Assembly (NCBI GenBank): GCA_964016885.1
Contig: OZ024748.1
Span: forward strand, 41,602,001 to 41,666,000
DNA: 64,000 nucleotides
Origin: Eledone cirrhosa
Taxonomy: Eukaryota
Reading direction: 5' to 3'
Part shown: positions 53,141 through 64,000 of the stretch, in pieces
Layout: every line of letters begins with the position of its first letter
Numbering within the stretch: the stretch's first letter is position 1
Position numbers and translations under genes: made by a program
Notes under the pieces: generated by a model
Database searches by the model: none
Seen by the model: only the letters and a program-made list of their open reading frames with translations
Told to the model about the DNA's origin: nothing

Positions 53141-54299
53141 ACAACTCCCAGTGACGTCATGTGTTTCTACATAATTATGTCCACGATTAGCTAACATACA
53201 ACAACCTGTGATGCCATATACTTGGGGCTGGATATAATGGGGTGTAAAGGAGGCAATTTCCTCGGTCCCCCTACAGTGGAGGGGTCCACCAGTGAGGGCC
53301 ATAGGAATTTATTTCTGCCCTCAGCTTGGGTTTTTAGTTTTGGGATAGTTAGTTAATACCTGTATATAAAACTTACCTGTATGTATAACTTTTTAATTCC
53401 AATTACTTGCAGCAAGCTGACTTTCATATGTAAAATGGGGGGGGGGGGGGGGCTGTGTATGAGGGGTCCCCCAAACGTCGTCGCAAAGGGAAGCAACTGT
53501 TGGTATCCCTGTCATCGCTTGACATGACAAGAGACGTACCTCTGGTTTCACAATGACTGTAGTTAAATGTATGTTGGTTAAAACGAGCCTGGTTTTGTTT
53601 AGTAATAAAGTAAATTTCCTTAATGTGTTGTTCTAATGTCAAATATTTGCATTGATAGAATGGGAAAACATCAAAATCTGTCAATTTACAAAACTGCCAC
53701 AAACGATTTATATATTTTCATAATCCCAAATAAATGAAAAAGCAATGATGACTGTTTTATGTATTTTTAAATGATTAAAACATCTCTTCTATGGTATAGT
53801 GAACTACAAAAATACACCACCTGTATTTTTTTGTGTCCCAATGTGGTATCGACCTTGATATACTGAAACCATAGTGATTCCCAGAGGTTGGTTGAGGAGA
53901 TAGGACTGTCCGCCTTTCGTTTTTTTTTTTGTTTTGTTGGTCTACAGGCCAGTGCATACAACCCTGAACCTGGGGAATGTCTTCCTATTAGATTTTTTCC
54001 AACAATTGAAATGAAATCACAAAAGGATGAGTAACTGAATCTATAATGGAACACTGACCCTTTAAAGGTGAACAAATGGCCAAAACATTACAAACATATC
54101 CTCTCTATAGTGAAGACTCTAGAATGTTCTGGACCATGCATGTGTGTCAGATTCTTCCAACTAGCGACACCTGTAGTCCTAGTTTTCACTAATCCATTTT
54201 ACATACCAAATATTCACATATTTGCCTTTTTCCTGAGTATTTTATATTCATAGAAAAGAAATGACTTCGTCTTCCTTAATAATTTGAAAGTCATGATTT

Positions 54300-55392
54300 C
54301 AATTCTCCCCTGTGGATCTCCCTAACACTTCCAGAGGCATTTTCCTTTTCTAGGAATAGTCCCCAATAAGTTGATAGGACAGAGTCATTCTGAAATTCAT
54401 CTGGGTACATTTATTTTTTCCTTGCCTTTTCTAGACAGGAATTTATAGTTTGAGGATTCCTTCAACACAAATAACAAACATAGAGCCACTTTAATAAATA
54501 TTTCCACCATTTATTTGACTTCCTTCTAATGCAATTGCTGGTTGTCAACTGGTCTGCAAGGTCCACTCGAAATATGTGCCCCATGTAGTCTTTTACTGTC
54601 CTTGGACATGGTACAATGTGGCGTTCCCTGATCTTCTGTTTTTGCCAAACATTTGTAAAATGATTGGGACTGGAATTTCTGGTCAGCAGTATCACAGTCC
54701 TCTTTATCATGCCAGTCTGTTACCACCAGGTTCCTGATTTGCCTCTGTATTGTATCACCTTGTTTCTTCAATTTTGCCGAGGTACCAGCTCTTGGCATGT
54801 CTTTTCTAGTTTTTCTTATTGTGCCGCAAGCAAAGGTCCCATACTTTAAAAGTTCCTGAAAGAGTTTGACAGAAGAGAAAAAATTATCACAATACATGAG
54901 GTGATTTTCCCCATATGTCCTTTGTGAGGTCCTTCACAACTCAGTCCTTGTTCTGTTTGATTTGGGACTTTCCCTGTATAAACTTGGAAGTTGTTTACAA
55001 ACCTGTATCCAAACTTTCATCCCACGATTTGTAGGCTTCAGTGGAGGATACTGTTTGAAGCCAAGTCATCCAGTGAAAGCAACCATGCCCTCATCAATTG
55101 ATGTTTCACAGTATGGACTGTACTGTGACTTCAAGTTCCCACTTATCCTTTCAATAAACGGTCAAACATGGGCAAGTTTGTCGTGGTCAGGGTGGCCACA
55201 TGCTGGATTCTGGGTGATATCTGAAATATGGAAATACTGAATCAGTTTGTCCAGTCTGTCCCTTGTAATCGATTCCCTGTTGACCGGAATAAATTCATTT
55301 TCAATAAAAGAATTGTATTTCTTTTGTGCTTCAACTAAATCAGTTTCAGTAAAACCTTAAAAAAATGTTTTATTTTCACTTTCTGACGCCAT
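54300..55392 (-). pseudogene. piggyBac (PGBD-type) transposase pseudogene
   Basis: IDEGMVAFTG..KQY...KPT..GMKVW, YCDNFFSSVKLFQELL...ACGTIRK and VDLADQL...KWWK motifs spread across frameshifts. Confidence 0.9.
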
Positions 55393-56589
55393 ATTTGTCG
55401 ATATAAATGATTGTCATTAAAACATCTCTCACACACACTCCCTCCCTCCTTCACTCTCTTTCACTCTCCCTCTCTCACACACACACTCTCTCTCTCTCTC
55501 CTTCTCACACACACACTCTCTCTCTCTATCTCTCTCTCACACACACTCCCCCCTCTCTCTCAAAAGGGAATAATTAATTGTAACGTGCCCTTACATTTAA
55601 AATTTATTTATAAAACACTCTCTGATTGGTTTAAACCAAAAATAGTTTCCTACTTCATCCAATCACTGAGTACTTTACAAAGGAGTACCCTCGTACAACA
55701 CCTATAGTTGGGATTCCACTCCCAATATCAAATGTAGACTTAAGGCGTCGACTTTGTCACGACTATACTCATAGTTAGGGGACAAGGGGTTAAATATTGG
55801 TTTTATCTTTAATCACTTCTACACATGTCAGTAATCAGCATAAACTATAGGGTTTCTTTTATGCAAACAATAAATTTATCAAAACACAAATTTCCCAGTT
55901 TGAATAATAGTTTATATATCCAGTAATCTTGATATATATGACATACCAATCCTAGTCCCCCAAAATTAAAGATTTTTAAAGCTATTGCTGTCATTATGGA
56001 TGCCACTGCTCCATTAGTTGTTGTAATCATGTTAAAAAATAGAAACATTTCTTCTTCCAATTAGTTTCTCTTCCTCTGTTTTCTTTCACTTCAGGAATCA
56101 ACCAACACCATGCATATTGTCTTGATTTGTTAGAAATAGCAACAAAATCTCCCTCAAATCACGCCCTACTGTCTTATCTGTGTATATATCTATGAACCAA
56201 CGAAAGAGACTTCTATGTGGCAGCTAAACCTGTTAGAAATAGCAGTCAAATCTTCCTCAAACCACACCCCACTGTCTTATGTGTATATATGAACCAACAA
56301 AAGAGAGACCTCTACATGGCAGCTAAACCTGTTAGAAATAGCAGTCAAATCTCCCTCAAATCACAGTACTTCATGTATATATGACACTAACAAGGGGAAC
56401 TCTACCTGTTAGAGAAAATAAAAGCTACCCCCAATAAATACAAAAATAAAAACAAAAGCCTATATAGTGTTCCTCGTAGATTTTGTTTTTTTATATATAA
56501 ATATATATAGCAGCAGCAGTGTGACGGAGATCAGATGAAAGAGTTGACCAGTCGATCACACCTTCTCACTTCTTTTTCTATAGAAACCT

Positions 56590-56733
56590 TTAAGAAATTT
56601 TCACTAAGGTCATACCATTCTGAAAGTCTTCGTCCTCGTTATCGCGACCCGTTAATATTAGTGTCACCAGAGCTTTGGAGAAAATATTTTTCACCAGAGT
56701 ACCAACATGCGAGTCTAATGTCTGCAGGCATTT
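56590..56733 (-). CDS. Terminal coding exon of a probable RNA exonuclease (REXO5/REX1/SDN-like C-terminus)
   Basis: Acceptor TTTTTTCCAG, phase 0. Reads KCLQTLDSHVGTLVKNIFSKALVTLILTG...NGMTLVKIS*. Phase matches the upstream exon. Family call is from recalled motif similarity. Confidence 0.7.
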   Translation of the reverse strand, partial: KCLQTLDSHVGTLVKNIFSKALVTLILTGRDNEDEDFQNGMTLVKIS

Positions 56734-56999
56734 CTGGAAAAAAACAAAAAACAATTTCAACATTAAATAAAATTCTTTAGCGTTTTTTTTTTTTTTAAAA
56801 ATATATAACATAAAAAAAAGAAATAATTGGAAGAAAACTCCATCTAGTAAGAAGAAGATATGAAATGTCCAGTTTTTATGATATTGGATGACATCAAGAC
56901 ACCTAGTTAGATATGGTTGTCTTCATCGTCAACACACTCCCACATAGTTATACTCTAAAGTCTAAAGGCTGTCTTAAGCCAAAAGACTCATTTGGCCAG

Positions 57000-57350
57000 T
57001 GCTATTGCTGGTACTGAGTATACTGGAGCAACGTGAAATGAAGTGACTTGCTCAAGAGCACAACACGCCATCCAGGAATTGAACCCACGACATCATCATC
57101 GTTTAACGTCTATCTTCCATGCTAGCATGGGTTTAGACGGGAATTGTCCCACTTGAAGCAAGATTGGTCGTCTCGCTCGTATAGGACTATCTGACAGGTT
57201 TTCTACGGCTGGATGCCCTTCCTAACACCAACCACGTTTACTGTGTGGACTGGGAGGTTTTTACCGTGTTACCTACACGGTCGCATTACAGCGTGGACTG
57301 TGTGTTTTTTTTGTCGTGACACCTACACGACCTCATTTATTTCGGATTGG
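57000..57350. mobile_element. CORE-type SINE fragment plus an adjacent common cephalopod interspersed repeat
   Basis: AAGTGACTTGCTCAAGAGCACAAC...GAATTGAACCC (CORE-like, - strand); GGCTGGATGCCCTTCCTAAC motif. Confidence 0.55.
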
Positions 57351-57539
57351 ATGTTGTGGTACCAACATAACTTTACTATAAAAATACAATAATAAATATA
57401 GAGTAATGTAGCTGCTAAAGGGTTAATCGACTTTCCTCTCCCACCAAAATTGTAGGCCTTCTACCTATATCAGAAACTATTATATAACTCATCATCGTCA
57501 TCGTTTTTACATCTGTTTTTTCATGCTTGCATGGGGTGG

Positions 57540-57940
57540 ACTATTATAACTATTGTTATATTATAAACAATTATATTATAAACTATTATATAGTTAACTT
57601 TATATTATAAATTATTATATAGCTATTGTTGTGATATAAACTATTATATAGCTATTGTTATATAAACTATTATACAGCTATTGTTGTGATATAAACTATT
57701 ATACAGCTATTGTTGTGATATAAACTATTATATAGCTATTGTTTTAATATAAACTATTATATAGCTATTGTTTTAATATAAACTATTATATAGCTATTGT
57801 TGTTATATAAACTATTATATAGCTATTGTTATATCATAAACTATTATATAGCTATTGTTGTTATATAAACTATTATATAGCTATTGTTATATCATAAACT
57901 ATTATAGAGCTATTGTGAAGATATTATATAGCTATTGCTG
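57540..57940. repeat. AT-rich ~29-bp minisatellite (AAACTATTATATAGCTATTGTTGTTATAT)
   Basis: Read directly; intronic. Confidence 0.85.
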
Positions 57941-57952
57941 TAATATTGTTAC

Positions 57953-58149
57953 CTGAATGTCTGCCTCGTTGCCGTCTGTGTTGGATTGGAGCAGATTGTG
58001 AAAAGAGTTCAACTGGAGCCACATGAAATCGTTTTCATAGAGTTTCTGTTGGGCAGTGCTGACATTTTCTTCATCAGAACCATGGCTTATCCTTTGACCT
58101 GGTTCTCCTGAATATGTGTCAATCACAGAACTGGCATCAATCACCAGAG
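57953..58149 (-). CDS. Penultimate coding exon of the same probable RNA exonuclease gene
   Basis: Acceptor TATTTCAG, donor CAG|GTAAC, 197 nt open. Reads LVIDASSVIDTYSG...SDEENVSTAQQKLYENDFMWLQLNSF...ADIQ, resembling the 'SDDEV...FVWxQ' segment of REX1/SDN proteins. Confidence 0.72.
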
Positions 58150-58159
58150 CTGAAATAGA

Positions 58160-58556
58160 ACCAACAACATCATCATCCTCCTCCTCCTCACAGCCATCAT
58201 CAACATCATCACAGCCATCATCATCAACATCAGAGCCATCATCACCATCATAAACATCATCATCATCTCAATCTTGTCCATCATAGCCATCCTCATCATC
58301 ATCATCAACATCCTCAGGGCCTTCATCATCATCATCAACATCATCAGAGCCATCATCATCACAATCTTGGCCATCATAGCCATCATCATCAACATCATCA
58401 TCATCATCATCCACATCAACATCACAATCTTGGCCATCATAGCCATCATCATCAACAACATCATCAGAACCATCATCAACATCATTAGAACCATCACCAT
58501 CCACATCATCATCACAATCTTGGCCACCATAGCCATCATCATCAGATCATCATCAC
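58160..58556. repeat. Degenerate (CAT)n microsatellite
   Basis: Read directly; source of the Met-, Asp- and Ile-rich ORFs. Confidence 0.92.
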
Positions 58557-58629
58557 ATGATTTGATTAATTATGGTGAAAGGTTAAAAAATAAAGTTTTA
58601 TGATAGGACCAGGGATGGTTTCAACTGAT

Positions 58630-61600
58630 TTGGTCAGAAAACAGTTATACCATTATGTCACTGTTCCAAATAACTGTTTTAGTAAGAAAACAGGTCACTG
58701 TTCTATCAAATGGTTTGGTGAGAAAACAGTTATACCATTAGGTCACAGTTCTATCAAGTGGTTTGGTAAGAAAACAGTTATAACATTAGGTCAGTTTTAT
58801 CAAGTGGTTTGGTAAGAAAACAGTTATACCATTAGGTCACAGTTATATCAAGTGGTTTGGTAAGAAAACAGTTATATCATTAGGTCACTGTTCTATCAAG
58901 TGGTTTGATAAAACAAAACAGTTATACCATTAGGTCACAGTTCTATCAAGTGGTTTGGTAAGAAAACAGTTATAACATTAGGTCAGTTCTATCAAGTGGT
59001 TTGGTAAGAAAACAGTTATATCATTAGGTCACAGTTCTATCAAGTGGTTTGGTAAAACAAAACAGTTATACCATTAGGTCAGTTCTATCAAGTGGTTTGG
59101 TAAGAAAACAGTTATAACATTAGGTCAGTTCTATGAAGTGGTTTGGTAAGAAAACAGTTATATCATTAGGTCACTGTTCTATCAAGTGGTTTGGTAAAAC
59201 AAAACAGTTATACCATTAGGTCACAGTTCTATCAAGTGGTTTGGTAAGAAAACAGTTATAACATTAGGTCAGTTCTATCAAGTGGTTTGGTAAGAAAACG
59301 GTTATATCGTTAGGTCACAGTTCTATCAAGTGGTTTGGTAAGAAAACAGTTATATCATTAGGTCAGTTCTATCAAGTGGTTTGGTAAAACAAAACAGCTA
59401 TACCATTAGGTCACAGTTCTATCAAGTGGTTTGGTAAGAAAACAGTTATAACATTAGGTTAGTTGTATCAAGTGGTTTGGTAAGAAAACAGTTATAACAT
59501 TAGGTCAGTTCTATCAAGTGGTTTGGTAAGAAAACAGTTATAACATTAGGTCAGTTTTATCAAGTGGTTTGGTAAGAAAACAGTTATAGCATTAGGTCAC
59601 AGTTCTATCAAGTGGTTTGGTAAGAAAACAGTTATATCATTAGGTCACTGTTCTATCAAGTGGTTTGATAAAACAAAACAGTTATACCATTAGGTCACAG
59701 TTCTATCAAGTGGTTTGGTAAGAAAACAGTTATAACATTAGGTCAGTTCTATCAAGTGGTTTGATAAGTAAACAGTTATATTAGGTCACAGTTCTATCAA
59801 GTGGTTTGATAAAACAAAACAGTTATACCATTAGGTCACAGTTCTATCAAGTGGTTTGGTAAAATAAAACAGTTATACCATTAGGTCAGTTCTATCAAGT
59901 GGTTTGGTAAGAAAACAGTTATAACATTAGGTCAGTTCTATGAAGTGGTTTGGTAAGAAAACAGTTATATCATTAGGTCAGTTCTATCAAGTGGTTTGGT
60001 AAGAAAACAGTTATATCATTAGGTCAGTTCTATCAAGTGGTTTGGTAAAACAAAACAGTTATACCATTAGGTCGCAGGTCTATCAAGTGGTTTGGTAAGA
60101 AAACAGTTATATCATTAGGTCACTGTTCTATCAAGTGGTTTGGTAAAACAAAACAGTTATACCATTACGTCACTGTTCTATCAAGTGGTTTGGTAAAACA
60201 AAACAGTTATACCATTTGGTCAGTTCTATCAAGTGGTCTGGTAAGAAAACAGTTATATCATTAGGTCAGTTCTATCAAGTGGTTTGGTAAGAAAACAGTT
60301 ATATCATTAGGTCAGTTCTATCAAGTGGTTTGGTAAGAAAACAGTTATATCATTAGGTCACTGTTCTATCAAGTGGTTTGGTAAAACAAAACAGTTATAC
60401 CATTAGGTCAAGTTCTATCAAGTGGTTTGGTAAGAAAACAGTTATATCATTAGGTCAGTTCTATCAAGTGGTTTGGTAAGAAAACAGTTATATCATTAGG
60501 TCAGTTCTATAGAAGTGGTTTGGTAAGAAAACAGTTATAACATTAGGTCAGTTCTATCAAGTGGTTTGGTAAGAAAACAGTTATATCATTAGGTCACAGT
60601 TCTATCAAGTGGTTTGGTAAGAAAACAGTTATATCATTAGGTCACTGTTCTATAGAAGTGGTTTGGTAAGAAAACAGTTATAACATTAGGTCAGTTCTAT
60701 CAAGTGGTTTGGTAAGAAAACAGTTATATCAAGTGGTTTGGTAAGAAAACAGTTATATCATTAGGTCACTGTTCTATCAAGTGGTTTGGTAAAACAAAAC
60801 AGTTATACCATTAGGTCACAGTTCTATCAAGTGGTTTGGTAAGAAAACAGTTATAACATTAGGTCAGTTCTATCAAGTGGTTTGGTAAGAAAACAGTTAT
60901 ATCATTAGGTCACAGTTCTATCAAGTGGTTTGGTAAGAAAACAGTTATAACATTAGGTCAGTTCTATAGAAGTGGTTTGGTAAGAAAACAGTTATAACAT
61001 TAGGTCAGTTCTATCAAGTGGTTTGTTAAGAAAACAGTTATATCATTAGGTCACAGTTCTATCAAGTGGTTTGGTAAGAAAACAGTTATATCATTAGGTC
61101 ACTGTTCTATCAAGTGGTTTGGTAAAACAAAACAGTTATACCATTAGGTCACAGTTCTATCAAGTGGTTTGGTAAGAAAACAGTTATATCATTAGGTCAC
61201 TGTTCTATCAAGTGGTTTGGTAAAACAAAACAGTTATACCATTAGGTCACAGTTCTATCAAGTGGTTTGGTAAGAAAACAGTTATAACATTAGGTCAGTT
61301 CTATCAAGTGGTTTGGTAAGAAAACAGTTATATCATTAGGTCACAGTTCTATCAAGTGGTTTGGTAAAACAAAACAGTTATACCATTAGGTCAGTTCTAT
61401 CAAGTGGTTTGGTAAGAAAACAGTTATAACATTAGGTCAGTTCTATGAAGTGGTTTGGTAAGAAAACAGTTATAACATTAGGTCAGTTCTATGAAGTGGT
61501 TTGGTAAGAAAACAGTTATATCATTAGGTCACTGTTCTATCAAGTGGTTTGGTAAAACAAAACAGTTATACCATTAGGTCACAGTTCTATCAAGTGGTTT

Positions 61601-64000
61601 GGTAAGAAAACAGTTATAACATTAGGTCAGTTCTATCAAGTGGTTTGGTAAGAAAACAGCTATATCATTAGGTCAGTTCTATCAAATGGTTTGGTAAGAA
61701 AACAGTTATATCATTAGGTCAGTTCTATCAAGTGGTTTGGTAAAACAAAACAGCTATACCATTAGGTCACAGTTCTATCAAGTGGTTTGGTAAGAAAACA
61801 GTTATAACATTAGGTCAGTTCTATAGAACTGGTTTGGTAAGAAAACAGTTATAACATTAGGTCAGTTCTATCAAGTGGTTTGGTAAGAAAACAGTTATAT
61901 CATTAGGTCACAGTTCTATCAAGTGGTTTGGTAAAACAAAACAGTTATACCATTAGGTCACAGTTCTATCAAGTGGTTTGGTAAGAAAACAGTTATATCA
62001 TTAGGTCACTGTTCTATCAAGTGGTTTGGTAAAACAAAACAGTTATACCATTAGGTCACAGTTCTATCAAGTGGTTTGGTAAGAAAACAGTTATAACATT
62101 AGGTCAGTTCTATCAAGTGGTTTGGTAAGAAAACCGTTATATCATTAGATCAGTTCTATCAAGTGGTTTAGTAAAAAAAAACAGTTATACCATTAGGTCA
62201 GTTCTATCAAGTAGTTTGGTGAGAAAACAGTTATAACATTAGGTAGTTCTATCAAGTGGTTTGGTAAGAAAACAGTTATATCATTAGGTCACTGTTCTAT
62301 CAAGTGGTTTGGTAAAACAAAACAGTTATACCATTAGGTCACTGTTCTATCAAGTGGTTTGGTAAAACAAAACAGTTATACCATTTGGTCACAGTTCTAT
62401 CAAGTGGTTTGGTAAGAAAACAGTTATATCATTAGGTCAGTTCTATCAAGTGGTTTGGTAAGAAAACAGTTATATCATTAGGTCAGTTCTATCAAGTGGT
62501 TTGGTATAAAAAAAAGTTATACCATTAGGTCAGTTCTATCAAGTGGTTTGGTAAGAAAACAGTTATATCACTAGGTCACTGTTCTATCAAGTGGTTTGAT
62601 AAAACAAAACAGTTATACCATTAGGTCACAGCTCTATCAAGTGGTTTGGTAAGAAAACAGTTATATCATTAGATCAGTTCTATCAAGTGGTTTGGTAAAA
62701 TAAAACAGTTATACCATTAGGTCAGTTCTATCAAGTGGTTTGGTAAGAAAACAGTTATAACATTAGGTCAGTTCTATGAAGTGGTTTGGTAAGAAAACAG
62801 TTATATCATTAGGTCAGTTCTATCAAGTGGTTTGGTAAGAAAACAGTTATATCATTAGATCAGTTCTATCAAGTGGTTTGGTAAAACAAAACAGTTATAC
62901 CATTAGGTCGCAGGTCTATCAAGTGGTTTGGTAAGAAAACAGTTATATCATTAGGTCACTGTTCTATCAAGTGGTTTGGTAAAACAAAACAGTTATACCA
63001 TTAGGTCAGTTCTATCAAGTGGTTTGGTAAGAAAACAGTTATAACATTAGGTCAGTTCTATCAAGTGGTTTGGTAAGTAAACAGTTATATCATTAGGTCA
63101 CATTTCTATCAAGTGGTTTAGTAAAAAAAACAGTTATACCATTAGGTCACAGTTCTATCAAGTAGTTTGGTAAGTAAACAGTTATAACATTAGGTCAGTT
63201 CTATCAAGTGGTTTGGTAAGAAAACAGTTATATCATTAGGTCACTGTTCTATCAAGTGGTTTGGTAAAACAAAACAGTTATACCATTAGGTCACTGTTCT
63301 ATCAAGTGGTTTGGTAAAACAAAACAGTTATAACATTTGGTCACAGTTCTATCAAGTGGTCTGGTAAGAAAACAGTTATATCATTAGGTCAGTTCTATCA
63401 AGTGGTTTGGTAAGAAAACAGTTATATCATTAGGTCAGTTCTATCAAGTGGTTTGGTAAGAAAACAGTTATATCATTAGGTCACTGTTCTATCAAGTGGT
63501 TTGGTAAAACAAAACAGTTATACCATTAGGTCAAGTTCTATCAAGTGGTTTGGTAAGAAAACAGTTATATCATTAGGTCAGTTCTATCAAGTGGTTTGGT
63601 AAGAAAACAGTTATATCATTAGGTCAGTTCTATCAAGTGGTTTGGTAAAACAAAACAGCTATACTATTAGGTCACAGTTCTATCAAGTGGTTTGGTAAGA
63701 AAACAGTTATAACATTAGGTCAGTTCTATAGAAGTGGTTTGGTAAGAAAACAGTTATAACATTAGGTCAGTTCTATCAAGTGGTTTGGTAAGAAAACAGT
63801 TATATCATTAGGTCACAGTTCTATCAAGTGGTTTGGTAAAACAAAACAGTTATACCATTAGGTCACAGTTCTATCAAGTGGTTTGGTAAGAAAACAGTTA
63901 TATCATTAGGTCACTGTTCTATCAAGTGGTTTGGTAAAACAAAACAGTTATACCATTAGGTCACAGTTCTATCAAGTGGTTTGGTAAGAAAACAGTTATA
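58630..64000. repeat. 46-50-bp minisatellite (AAGTGGTTTGGTAAGAAAACAGTTATATCATTAGGTCAGTTCTATC), probably intronic; runs off the window end
   Basis: More than 100 units with recurrent length variants. Confidence 0.97.

Larger units (their letters stand above)
49258..55793 (-). mobile_element. Decayed piggyBac element; extent tentative
   Basis: Transposase remnants at 54300-55392. Right end AGGGG-TTAA at 55793. Candidate left end TTAA-CTCTCCCC at 49258, with only a weak TIR match. Confidence 0.5.

Noticed and set aside
58141-58603. Met-rich (reflectin-like) or Asp-rich ORFs
   Set aside because: Degenerate (CAT)n repeat lacking reflectin motifs; lies in the intron before a splice acceptor.

Overview
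Repeat-rich eukaryotic DNA, very probably from a coleoid cephalopod (octopus-like SINEs, a mollusc-type neuropeptide). Two host genes are supported. On + there is a complete FFamide (SIFamide-related) neuropeptide precursor exon (37943-38233). On - there are the last two coding exons of a probable REXO5/REX1-type RNA exonuclease (57953-58149 and 56590-56733). The rest is mostly repeats: large minisatellites (24, 45, 30, 23, 65, 60 and 46-50 bp units), three Tx1/L1-clade LINE copies with TSDs, a non-coding LTR element, an RTE LINE, a decayed piggyBac, tRNA-SINEs and MITEs. The very long ORFs in the track are artefacts of these tandem repeats. The most striking unexplained structure is a set of 100-550 bp fold-back palindromes. 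Several carry back-to-back minimal type-I hammerhead ribozymes (CUGANGA...GAAA...NUH, then AATAAA) of Penelope pLTR type, from several unrelated families; 11 hammerhead-like motifs were found by eye. One family brackets the FFamide exon as inverted copies, and only its sense-strand copy has a catalytic-core mutation. All calls were made by eye; no database searches or folding programs were run.
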